Part shown: positions 34,700 through 47,800 of the stretch, one piece after another | Layout of the letters: each line of letters starts with the position of its first letter | Position numbering within the stretch: the first letter of the stretch is position 1 | Source: Heteronotia binoei | Taxonomy: Eukaryota | DNA length: 64,000 bases | Reading direction: 5' to 3' | NCBI RefSeq assembly: GCF_032191835.1 | Contig: NC_083233.1 | Location: forward strand, 56,668,001 to 56,732,000 | The notes under the pieces: generated by a model | Told to the model about the DNA's origin: nothing | The model's input: only the letters and a program-made list of their open reading frames with translations | Databases searched by the model: none | Translations under genes and position numbers: made by a program

Positions 34700-35867
34700 A
34701 TCTAGCATGTCAGCTTCTCTTCTATACAGCACTGTGGGGCAAGCTAATACTGGAAGTTATCACCAAGAAAGTGCCAGGATCCATTGTTGCTGCTCCCACA
34801 TTCCAGTTTTATTATGTCATTTTCTCATGGTGAATGTCACAAGACTGTGGGATCAGAGTGGGATGCACAAGTGGCCAAGAAGGGCCTTTGTTCTGCAAAA
34901 TCATAAAGGGAAGAACTGTACTGGAACTCCCAACTCCTGCTGGCTGAACCTGGAATACACACAGCTGCAACCAATTGTGTGTGTGGTGGGGGGGGGGGGC
35001 TCCTTGCGTCAGCCCCGCTCATGCAGCTGGTTCAGGACTGGATCAGGCTGGCAGAGCCTTCCCTCCTCGTTACCCAGAAACATTCTGCCCATGTTCTTCA
35101 GCCGATGAATGCATTACCCCAGTGGCCCTCATAGTCTGTGGGCCAATCTCCTGTTTGCCCAGTGGCAAAGGTGCTGGAGAAAGTGAAACAGCCATTCTGA
35201 TACCCTTTAAGCTTTTATTCAGAAGCCATAGAATAAGGGCAGATCAGCTGCACAGAAGACTGACAGAATAAAGGAGGGAATCGGGGTGGATTTGACTGGT
35301 AAGTCAAAGTGGGACATTTTGGCTATACAGATGCCTCTCACAGAGCTGATCCAAGCCGCTGGTATGACTGCGATGGCCAATGATGTCATTTTACCTGCAC
35401 AACAACTTCACTTATGTTAATATGCTATCATTGCCTTAAAAATATGCTACCAGTGGCAGAAGATCTTAATCTATGCCTGCGCTTGAGATTTTCCAAAGTC
35501 CACACTAGTCCTCCAGCAACATATGGTGAAACTCCAGCCTCTTGTTCTTGCTTCAGATGCTGGGCTTGGGTCAAGTACTTTGCAGGCCTCAATGCCCAAC
35601 TGGCAGGTTGTGTTTGGCTAGGCCAAGACCTATGTGGTCCCGACTTGTTCTACATTCAGGTCAGAAAACAAGAGACCAAACACTGAGGGGAAATATTATT
35701 CCAAACTGACTGGCACAAGGAAGCTTCAAAGGGACTTGAAACCTGATGGATTGGGAGAATCATTTCAGACGCATTAGTCATAAACAAAGCTTTTAAAAAC
35801 GTTTAATGTTTCCCTCCAAACCCAGAGTTGCACATAATGAGGCAGGTGCAGAAAACCTGTCACACCT

Positions 35868-38800
35868 CTACATCCTCTTCCGCAGCTTGCCCTTCTTGAC
35901 GGTTCCACGCCCAAAAGCGCTCCGGCGGAGGTCTTGGACGTGCTGGCGGTTGCGGGACTTCAAGCGTTTGAGTGCCCCGCTTTGCAGGAAGCGCTGCTTT
36001 GCTGTTTTCTTCCGAAGTTTGAGGATCTGCTGCTTGGTTCTCAGCTCAGAGCGAGCCTTAGTCTGCTGGGAGCCACGGTGGCCTTGGGAGGAAGGCAGAC
36101 GGTGCACCCCTATAAAGGAAGTCACATGGTCATGCTACAAAGCATCCCCTTCCCTACCTGGATCAGCCTTGTCCCTTGAAGATAGAGCTACAGGCCATCT
36201 GCTTCTAATTAAAGTATCCCTCATTGAAGCATCTCTCTGCAACCAAGTGGTCTTATAAAATGGCCTTTTTTCCCCTGGAGAAAGAGGTCAGGTTCATATG
36301 ATGTAGACATACACACACACAACCCTTTAGTGATGACCCTAATAGTCAGTTTTCAGGAAGTCAGTGGATTTCAAATTGTATACTGGTATGCCTCAATGAG
36401 AGCATCAGTAACAGGTAAGTGAACACAGGTGGTGAACACCAGCTGGCTCATGGTTATGAAACACCCCACCACCAAATGGAGTGGCAAGAAAACACCGGAT
36501 GTATTCAAGGTCACACACCTTAGCACAGTCATGAGACCCAACAGACTTGGACCAATGTATCACTTAGGCAAAACAAAATTCTCCATCGTGCTCTCTGTTA
36601 CTTGTGCTGAGTTTACCCAGCAGGCAAATTGGCGCAGAAAAGATTCCCTGAAAATATCTTGAAAAATGATTGGAAACAACCATCCACTTGTTTCCTGTCA
36701 CTTCTTCCCTCTGCCACCACAATAGTTAGTTCCCACACCCCCAATATGTACTTGCGGATCAGCAAACCTTCTGGAACTGAAGGGGTACAGTAGGAGGCTG
36801 CAGTATGTATGGAGGGGGCAAAAATCACCATCCCTTTCCAAAACTTTAAAAATGTTTTTGGAATGTGTGACCAAATACAGGCCATGAAGCTGAAAGAGCT
36901 GGGCTTGCTTAGCCTGGAGAGGAGATGGCTGAGAGGTGATATGATCACCATCTTCTAGTACTTGAAGGGTTGTCATATTGAGGATGGTGTGGACTTGTTT
37001 TCTGTGGCCCCAGAAGGCAGGACCAGAACCAATGGGTTGAAATTAAATCAGAAGTCTTCAGCTCAACATTAGGAAGAACTTCCTGACAGAGCAGTTCCTT
37101 GATGGAACAGACTTCCTCGGGAGGTGGTGGGCTCTCTTTCTTTGGAGGTTTTTAAACAGAGGCTAGATGGCCATCTGACAGCAATGTGGATCCTGTGAAT
37201 TTAGGGGGAGGCATTTGTGAATTTCCTGCATTGTGCAGGGGGTTGGCCTAGATCAGGGGTGGCCAATGGTAGCTCTCCAGATGTTTTTAGCCTACAACTC
37301 CCATCAGCCCCAGCCATTGGCCATGTTGGCTGAGGCTGATGGGAGTTGTAGGCAAATAACATCTGGAGAGCTACCATTGGCCACCCCTGGATGAGATGAC
37401 CCCTGGAGGTTCCTTCCAACTGTATGATTCTAAGTTTGGAATATTAAATAGGGAAATATTCAAATATACTAGTGCTCCACCTACAGTATAGTGGTAGAGA
37501 CCAGGCCAGCCTAAGCCACATAGTGTTCTCTACATTATGACTTGAGGTACAGTCAGGAGAACCTGTGAGATCCAGCCTGCTCAGCCCCACTCACCTCTGC
37601 CTTTCTGTTTCTTCCCACTTCTGAGCTCTCCTTCAGCCTCCGAGTCAGAATCCCGCTCGTCGATCCTGTTTCTCTTTTTCCATTTCTCGTAGCTGCAGGA
37701 GCACATTCAGGAAGCTTAACATTCTGGACCCTTCCTGAGCACCATTGATTGCTCATTAATACTTGCCAGGGCATCTTTTAATCTCATTTAAAAGGTCTTT
37801 GGAGATGGCCCTAGGCAGTGGCAGAGCATGGGACCTGCATACTGAAGGCCCCAAGTTCAATCCCTGGCACCTCCATTTGGAAAGGACCACGGATGTGAGG
37901 AAATGCTTTTCTCTGCCTGGGACCCTGGAGAGCTGCTGCCAATCAAAGCAGACAACACCGAGTTAGATGGGCCAATGCTGTAAAGACAGCTTCATGTATT
38001 CAAAAGGAACGGCAGGGGATGCTGCTCTCTCTTCAGCGCCCCCCCCTCCAGGGAGCCAACTGAGGCACTGTGTATGCAGAAGAGGAGGCTGTAGTCTTTT
38101 ACACAAGCAGCCCATCCTGCCCCCAGGCACTAAGGAGGTTATATTGCCTATTGTGGAAGTTGCTGTTTTTTGAGAACAGGCTCTTCACCTGTGATGGGGA
38201 GCTTTTGATGCACTGCAGCTGAATAAGAGACACCGGGATGCTTACCTCAGAAGGATAGTCCTCCCATTATAAGAAATCCTAACCAGGCATATCTGGTCTA
38301 ATTGGCTAAAATCTACACATGAACAAAGAATAATTCTGAGGAAACAAAAGCACTCTTCGGGTTTAGGATGAGGTGTGGCAGGTGCCACAGCTTCAGAAGA
38401 GACATTCCTTCCTGTGCCACAATGAAAAAGGAAATGTCCCTCCTGTAAAGTGTCATGGGTGATGGCGACAACCATGTTGGGTCCCTGCCCAAGTTGACAG
38501 CAGACCTTGCAGCCAGCTCCGGATGGTCCAGGAGCTGACAGCTTGCCACCACTGCCTGCCCCACACCTGACCTGGCAGTAGTTGAGGAGGCACAGCTGCA
38601 AGCAGGAAGCCCACCAGACTCACCCTCCTGGGTAGCTCGGCTGAGGAAGCAACTCTGCCAAGACTTAGCAGCTGGTCAGAGGGACACATGCCTGCAAGGA
38701 AGATGGTCGCTGAGTCCTGACAGAAGCGTCACCACACACTAATTGAAACATCACCGGAGGCCCATTTAGCCCCCTGCTTGGAGCTGGGCTCCTCATGGAA

Positions 38801-41800
38801 GCAACAGGTCGCATCCGTGACGACCACACCTTCACCCCGGCTCTTGCGCTCCTGACTGGATTCCTCAGCTTCCTGACTCTCAGCTCCAGATGACCTTGCT
38901 CTCTGCCCTCCCTCCCCCATTCGGCTTTGGTTAGAACCCCCTCGCTCGACCCCTGGACCAGACTCTGACTTTGCTCCGGACCACACCCTGCCTGTGACAT
39001 AAAGCATTCCTGCTGCCTCTAATTTTGGACAACTGCTTTTGTTAAGCATCAATACCCTCCTCAACCCAGTGGAAGGATACAGGTTGCTTTTGTACGAGCT
39101 GTTGATGTGTGCCCCGCTCTCGGTTCGGATTTTCTTCTTGTTCTCCTGGCCCTTCTGCCCCACAAACCGCTTCCTCTTCCGATCCCTGAAAGGCAGCAAA
39201 GAGGTGAAGGGAGGACTGCAAGAACCAGAAGGCCCCCTAGTGCATTTTCTTTGCCCTTTTGTGGTCAAGCAGCGGCAGCTTTTAGGGTCAATGTCCCTAC
39301 TCTTTTGAAGGACTGTGAGGAAAAAGGCACCCTAAGGGTCAGCATGCGCCCCCCCCTCAGTATTTGAAACTGGCTGCTAACCAAACATCAGCTGCTGCAT
39401 GATGAAGCATTCATCCAGAATTTTGTTTGGAAAAGGAGGGGGTGGGAAATAAATCATCAAAATAGTTTTACACCAAAGACAAAGCAACATTTTGGGCCCA
39501 AGTGCTGGGGCAGTGGGGGAAATGTGACATCTACCTGTGATGGTGTTGGTGAATTGGCAAACCAAGAAGTGGGAGGAAAAGAAAGACAAGGGTGGTACTT
39601 GACCAAACTCAGACCCGGGAGTGCTATCAGTATCTCTGATAGTTGTATGGGTGCAACAGGGGATATGTTGCAAGTGCTAGAATCTAACATGAAAAGCTAC
39701 TGAACTAATCTGTGTGCCTGTTAGCATCTAGTACTACCACAGCTGGCGTGAGAAGCTGCCTTTTTCCTCCTTAGCCGTTTGATGTTTTGGTAACACCTGC
39801 TTGACGTAGGGGTGCCCAAAAGCTTGCAGAATATCTTGTGTCATTTTACTTGGCTCAAACTGAAAGGTATTACATAGATTTGGTTTCTTGCTCTGGATTT
39901 TGTATGGGCCAATAAGGCTGCCTGCAACTTGGGTTTCTTTGCAACAATGGGTATGAACCATGCAATTAATTTCCCCAGTCAGCATCTCAGGAGGCTTGCC
40001 TTGGGCCCAAAGGGCAGCTGTGCAGGCCCAGGAGATGGTGATGGGCATAAGCTATGCCTAATGCATTCTCCCACACTGCTGGCAGCATGTCAGGGGCTCA
40101 CTTCAGTTGCTTGGGCAGAGAGTTCCAAGGGCTGAGCAAACTGCTCTGGAGTGCTGGTTGCCACCAATACTCCTAAGCTGTGAAGTCCTGTGAGCAAAAA
40201 TTCTATTTCCTGTGCTACTGGCATTAAAATTGTGAGCTACTGCATAAATTAGTTTGCCCCGGGGCCATTTTTCCTAAGCTAAGACAAAAATGTGTGAGCC
40301 AGAGGCTTAAAAACTGAGCTAGCTCACACTAACTCAGCTCAGAGGAAACACTGGTTACCACTTGTGCTGGGAGTTCTTATCTATCCCTGGACTACATGCA
40401 AATGCTAAAGCCTTCTGGAAGGGACGTCCCAGTCATCTGCACTGGGGCTATATGCCACTGATGGGAATTTCAGTCATTTAGAAGACTTTTAATTGATCAA
40501 TTAATTACGCCTGCAAAAACTTGCAAATGAATGAGTGTTTTAAAGAAAAATGCAAGCTGGTGTGTGTGTGAGTCACAGCGGACACCACTTTTAAAAAGCA
40601 TTCTTTCCTGCGAGGGAAGAGAAATGTATTTTCTAAGATGGCATCTGTTTTCTGCAGTTTTTATAAGCAGTTAACACTTTTAAAAAGTGTTCTTCACTGT
40701 ATATACTGATAAACTACCTGGTCGCCATGAGGAATGTAAGAGCAGCCACAGGGACTCTACTTACTCAGATGCCTACGAGTATGTGGAAAATTACGTATTT
40801 GAACATGTTTTAAAAGGATGGCCTAAAAACATCATCTTCAGGGCCAGGGCTTTTTTGTAGCAGGAACTCCTTTGAATATTAAGCCACACCCCCTGATGTA
40901 GCCAATCTTCCAAGGTCCTGTAATAAGAGCCCTGTAAGCTCTTGGAGGATTGGGTACATAAGAGGGGTGTGGCCTAATATGCAAAGGAGTTCCGGCTACA
41001 AAAATAGCCCTGCTCAGGACTCAAAATGCTCCAGGAGGTATGAAAGAAAATTTGTCTCAGCCTAACTTCAGGCACATTAAGGGCTGGATGAAGAGGTCAC
41101 ACAAAATCAGAATGTGCTGGGCTGAAGTAACAACATAGTGATGAGAAATGCTCGAAAGAATTGGTTTGAAGTAGCAGAAAGTCGGTTTGGAGTGGAAAAT
41201 GTTATTCTTCAGTTATTGTTAATGTTATTCTTAGACTGAGCATGCTTATCAGAGGCACTAAATATGCTTGGATGAGGTACCCCCTTTTACACCCCCCCCC
41301 TCCAAGATTCTGCTTCTGCTGTCTCCTACAGTCACATAATGAAGAATTCAACAGCTCTGGAAATTCTTTTGGTGTCTTTCTTCAAATATGGGGATGTTGC
41401 TCAGTGGTAGCGCATTTCCATGGGATGCAGAAGGTCCCAAGTTCAATCCCTGCTATCTCCAGTGAAAAGATCTGGCAGTAGCAGAAAAGATCGGAGGGGA
41501 AAGGCACCAGCATGGTGGTGGGAGAGAATTCAGCCAGCTGCAGCATCTCAGAGGGGGAAGTATTCAAACTGTTTCCTCTCCCACACACATCCCATCTCGT
41601 CCAACTGACTTATCAGTTAGCCTCCACCGGCTTTGAACTCAGCACTCACCATCTCAAGAGTTGTTTGTTTGTGTTCATGTTCTGATTTTCGTCACCCATG
41701 AGGTCGAGGACAGCGCCCGAAGCCTGCTGGTCAAAAGCGCTGCCTTCCCCGCTGATGCTGAGCCTGGTCACAGAGAAGGAGGTCAGGAAAGCAGCCCCTG

Positions 41801-44800
41801 CCAAGATGGAGGCCTCACCCGCCCCCCCCCTATTGCCCTCAACTTACCCACGCTCAGAATCAAAATCCTTTGGCCGGTAAGGGATGTAGAATTCCTCATC
41901 TCTCTGTGTCGCCTGTTTCCTCTTTTTCCTTGTGCTTGTTCCTGCCTGGGGTTGCTTCCGCTTCCTTCCAACCATGGTGGAGAAGATGTCCTAGGGCAGC
42001 AGAGTTCAGACTGGTGAGCGACTCTTCTTCTGTCAGGAACATGAGCCAGCTCTATCATTATCACAAGGCCCCCAAACACAGCATTCTTGTCACACACAAA
42101 GCTCTGAGCCTGCAATTCTCCACACTCAACTGAGTGCGGTCACCCTAGAAGGAGCTGCAAAGAGGTGCTAGGCAGCAAAGACATCTGCTGGCATTTTTCC
42201 TAACTGTGACTCTGCATGTGGCATGATTTTCTCCAGAACTCTGGAAAAGCTGCCAAGAGCAGAAGTGGCCACAGAACTGAGCTTCTTGAAAATGATGGCT
42301 CTCTTCTTTCAAATCTGAAGGTTTCTGGTCCTTATTAAAGGGCAGAGAGACAAGCACTAGTTGAATCGCATAAGAGTGGCTGCTGAATCAGTATTTCCAG
42401 AGGGCAGGGATTCTGTGTCTTACATTTGCACCCTTTGCAATGAATAACAGAAGCAGATTCCAGTTATGCAGAAGGAGGAGCTCTGCAAATCAGCCTAATT
42501 TAAATCAGTTTCAGAATTCAGTTTTCATCATTGCAGAATTTGTGATATCTTTGGTTCATTAGTTTTTATGCACAAACTACTCACAGCCTTACCTGAAGGC
42601 TTTCTTCCCCCTCCTCATAGTCTTGTTCGGCAGCCACTGGCACAGCTGGATCTTGGACCTTCTCTGCCGCCAAGGATAATTTTTCTTGCTGCTTCCTTTG
42701 GTGTCGGTCAATGAGCTGCCAGTCGCGGCTCCGTTTGGCTCGCATGACGTCGCTGGCCAACGTCTTGTTGGTAGCGTTGATTTCAAAGATAGTCTGATGC
42801 ATGAAAAAAGCCACACAAAACGATGAATGGTGGGGGCAGAAGAGACCTCCTGCCCATTAATCTGCAGCAGACAGAGCTGGAAGTTCATTTCCCAATCACA
42901 TTCCAGGGAGGTATGTTTTAAGTTCCAGGCTGCAAGAAGTATTACCTTTTGTCCTACAAGCCTTCCTTTTCAAATGGCTGCAGAGGCTTTCCCTCTGTTA
43001 CCATTTGAGATCCTACAAGGGGCTCACCGTGGTATATGTAGTTTTCCCTGGCCCTCAGCAACTCTGTAAATTATGTTAGGCTTAGAGAGTAGGAACAGCT
43101 TAAGGTCATTCAGTGAGCTTCATGGTTGAATGGGGATATTTAAATACAATTAAATTCTGGAAGTCACATCCAGTGGTTGCAGTGATGACCATGAGTACAG
43201 ACAACTTTAAAAGGGGGATCATGTTAATGGAAGGTCCATCTATGGATACTAGCCATGGTAACTAAAGGGAACCTCCACCTCCAGGGACAATAAACCTCTG
43301 AACTTGCCCTAACCTGGATAGGCCAGGCAAGCCCAAGCTCATCAGATCTCAGAAGCTAAGCAGGGTCAGCCCTGGCTAGTATTTGGATGGGAGATTTCCT
43401 TGGAATACCCAGCGTTGGGAGGCAGGGACAGGTTTTATTCAGCCACCTCCCTGAATATCCTCCAGGCCCTCAATAGGGGTCAGTCATCAGAGGTCAACAT
43501 GACTTTCAGGTACACCCTCACACACATGACCCTCACACACAGCTATGGCTGACCCAAGGCCAAGTGGAGGAGTGGGGAATCAAACCTGGTTCTTCCAGAT
43601 AAGAGTCCGTACACTTAACTACTACATCAAACTGACTCTTTAGCTTCTGAGATCTGATGAGATCAGGCTAGCCTGCACTATCCAGGTCAGGTAGATCTGG
43701 TATAGATGTTGCTTTTATACCTGTGTTTGTCATAAGGCTGAACTGAATTGCAGTTCCCAGGTAGTAGAAAAAAGCACTTTGCAATCCAGTTAGAACACTC
43801 AGGAGTCAAGCAGGTATGGAGGGGAAACTTCCAGAAAACACTACAAAAAGCTGCATCATAAAATAGGAGAAAAAATAAAAATCTTAAACAAGTGCCTGAC
43901 ACTTTGAGTTTGTGCTTGATTGTAACCTCCAAAAACAGATTATGTAGACAGGGTCAGGCTTGGTTCTTAACAACAGGGGTCACCATGGGGGCAGGTCTTT
44001 TAGAAAGTGGGTGGGGCCAGGTGAGGCTTTTGACCAGTGGGGTTCCAACTGGCCACTGGAGATTTGATTAGCAGCAGCTGCTATCACAGCACAAGGATCT
44101 TCCCTGGGTGACTAAAGGTAAGCCACAAGAGCCTTTTCGTGGCTGGCTCTGCTTCCTGTAGCAGCCATCTTGTCAGAATTCCAAAAGTGTCCACAGGCTC
44201 AAAAAGACTGAGGACCTAGGCTCTATGGATTGTGCCACATTCCCATTAGGTTTAAAAGCTCCTAAGCCATACACCCATAAAATTTACAAGTTTAAAACTG
44301 CAGTAAAACAAAAATTTGCCACATCTACTATACAGAACACCTTTCCTGTCAAACTGAGAGGCGGTTTGTTAGTAAATGATGAAGGTGCTGATGAAATTAA
44401 GCTGGAGAGGTACCAGGAAGGAAGGCATCATTACTTTATGTCAACAAAAACAGAAAGCATCCTTTTGTGGGGCCAGTTTGCAGGGCCAGAAGGAGCATGG
44501 CCTCGTCCTGCCATTCCGCCCTGTACAGCTTTCCCATGAGACTGGGAACAGGAAGACAGGCAGGGACCGACAAGAGGGGCCCATTGCCACACTCACCGCT
44601 TTGGAACGGTATGTTTTGATGCTGTCCACGAATTTCAGCCGCTCTATCTCATCCCCCTCAAAGCGCAAACCTTTAAGAGAGAGACAAGGTAAAGGGAGTC
44701 ATTATTTTAGGCCAAACAGAAATCACTGTGTGAAAATAATAATAATAATAAAATTTTATTTGTATCCTGCCCTCCCCGCCGAATCAGGCTCAGGGCGGCT

Positions 44801-47800
44801 AACAACATACATAGGTATACAATACAATATAATAGGTATACAGATATTAAAATTAACATTATTTAAAACAATTCAATTCAGTTCATAAAAGCAATTCAAG
44901 CAAGTAAGTCATGTTGGCGGGTCCCTTCATTTAACCATCATAAGTCAGCAGTCCGTAAAAGCCAGCTTGAAGAGGGTGGTCTTGCAGGCCCTGCGGAACT
45001 GGTCAAGGTTCCGCAGGGCCCGCACCTCCTCCGGGAGCTGAATCCATAAGCATGGGGCCATGATGGAAAAGGCCCGTGCATGAGTGTTCTGAAGTTTAGC
45101 TTCTTTTGGCCTTGGGATGGTCAGTTTGTTTTTCCCTGCTGACCTCAGTGCTCTCTGGGGCTCATATGGGGAGAGACGGTCCCTCAAGTAGGCCAGTCCT
45201 CGGCCATATAGGTAATGACCAGCACTTTGTAGTGAATCCGGTAGATAACCGGCAGCCAGTGCAGCCCTCGTAGCCCCGGCTGTATATGCTCCCACTTCAG
45301 GAGTCCTAACAACAGCCTAGCCGCCGCGTTCTGCACTAGCTGCAGCCTCCGGGTTTGGCACAAAGGCAGCCCCATGTAGAGGGCATTACAGTAGTCTAAT
45401 CTTGAGGTGACCATCGCATGGATCACTGTTGCTAGGTCCTGACGCTCTAGGAAAGGGGCCAACTGCCTTGCTCGCCTCAGATGGAAGAACGCTGACTTGG
45501 CAGTGGATGCTATCTGGGCCTCCATTGATAATGAAGGCTCCAGTAGAACACCCAAGCTCTTCACCTGGTGCACTGCTTTCAATGGCGCACCGTCGAAGAC
45601 CGGGAGAGGTATTTCCTTCCCCAGAGCGCCGCGGCCCACGCAAAGGACCTCTGTCTTCGTCGGGTTCAACTTCAGCCCACTCAGTCTAAGCCACGTTGCA
45701 ACATCCTGCAATGCCCGATCCAGATTCCCTGGGGTGGAGTCAGGTCGGCCGTCCATTAGCAGATAGAGCTGGGTGTCATCTGCATATTGATGGCAGCCCA
45801 GCCCAAACCTCCGGGCAATCTGGGCAAGGGGGCGCATATAGATGTTAAATAACATCGGGGAGGGAACTGCTCCCTGGGGCACTCCACAGTCTAGTGTGCG
45901 CCTCTGGGACCGCTCGCTCCCGATCGCCACCCTTTGTCCCCGACCCTTGAGGAAGGAGGAAAGCCATTGCAAGGCCAATCCCCTAACCCCTATGTCGGCG
46001 AGGCGGCGGGTCAGTAGCTGATGGTCAACTGTATCAAATGCCGCCGACAGGTCTAACAGCATCAGCATCAGCACCGCGACGCCACCTCGATCCAGTTGCC
46101 GGGAGAGGACTACACTAAATGCTGATGGGCTATTTTACTATCTAAAGAGAGTTTTGCCCACAGGAAGGGCAGAATATTCAACAATATGACCCCCCCACCC
46201 CATCATCTGCTGTGCTGCTGTCCAAAATTCCAAGCCATCCATGACAAAAAACAAAACACAGAAGCCAAGACAATGAACTTTAACATTCAGTCTGCTTGCA
46301 GCCAGAGGCCCCAGTTATCTCACCCTTACTCTATGCACAGAACACTCACTGAATAGAGGATGAATGCCCAGAAGGGACAAGTCCATTTCTTTGACCCTTT
46401 TGATGGATTCTGGTGATGGACTTGGCCGTGACTTCAGGTATTGTTTCTGAGCATTGTCAGATATTCGGTGCAGGCTCTGCAGTTCCAACGAGCGCTCATG
46501 GTCTGTCTGCAGCAGGCTCTCCTCGTCGTCGATGATGCTCTGGGGAATGCGACCAAAGACGCCATCCATATCTGAAACAGGGAAGAAGTTGAGCCCAGTA
46601 GTGGAGGGGAATGGGTGATGGAGAATTCTCTCAGGCAGCGCGCAGCCAAATATCCAGCCTCAGGAGCAAAGAGGTCGCCACCAACTAGAAGTAATGCCAA
46701 GGCCAGAGAGAGTCTTAAGAGAACAGGCTTGGTGCCAGAACACCAATGGGCAACCTACAATTAAGAATGTGCGAACTTGTACACAAGCTTGGGAGTTCAT
46801 CAGTCTGAAGATTTCAGGTTGTGTGTTTAAGTTCTTAGGTATGGTGAAATTCTGAATGCTAGAGGGTCTCTAATTCTCTGTAGAGCTCCTTGACCCATAT
46901 ACTCGTATCTCTAGCAGGAATAATTGCCGAACAAGAATACCTGCAGTTGTGGACAAGTTTACGTCGGACCCACACAACATAGCATTTGGACAAGTATAAA
47001 AGAACATGGAAGACACTGCAGACTTGGCCAACCTGAAAAATCAGCAGTGGCTGAACATAGCTTAACTCAACCAGGACAAATCCAAGTGCGCAGCCATGTT
47101 GAACTGAAGCAGTAGAATAAAGTAGGAGTCAAGTGCATCTTTAAGACCAACAAAGTAATGTAATGCTGGGCAACACATTCAATTACCATGTTAGATTACA
47201 CAGAGAAGCCATTGAAATCCAGAAAAATAAACACAATTTCAATAGGAAGGAAGAAAGTTTAAAAATGAATAGGGCACAGCTTCCAGTCCTGAAAAACACA
47301 AAATGCCCTACAGCTTACAATAGCATCACAGATAAGATTAGAATTTCTATAGCCAATCCATATACAAAAGAACCCCCTCAGGTAAGCTCCTCCATTAGCA
47401 TGTCACAGCCCAGGAAGCTCCCACAAGATAATGACTCAGCCCTACTCCACCTGCCTGAGTAGATATAAATTACATGCCTACCAACTTCTCCATTTGACCC
47501 AGAGAACTCCAGTTTTCTGGGTCACACCTCTGAGGATGCCAGTCACAGTTGCTGGCGAAACATCACGTCTCACAATGCCAAGACCATGGCCACACAGCCC
47601 AGAAAATCTACATGGCCACACAGCCCAGAAAATCTACAACAGCCAATTAATGAAAGCCTGCTTACTCTACATTAGTGAGTGAATGCAGAATTCACTTTCC
47701 CTTGGTTACATATGGTTATGCACTTATAGCAAAAAGGGAGACATAGGCTCACTAATGCCAGTTCCTACAAAAGACTTAAAGATCCCTGCATGACTAGAAG

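Noticed and set aside
38729-39268. 179-aa minus-strand ORF extending DDX54 exon 18
   Set aside because: It is read-through of exon 18 across the U12 donor into the solo LTR, and is explained by those features.
41390-41460. tRNA-Ala-like sequence (also heads near 2990, 22840 and 37810)
   Set aside because: The anticodon arm is degenerate, there is no poly-T terminator, and the sequence runs on into a SINE body. It is a SINE head, not a tRNA gene.
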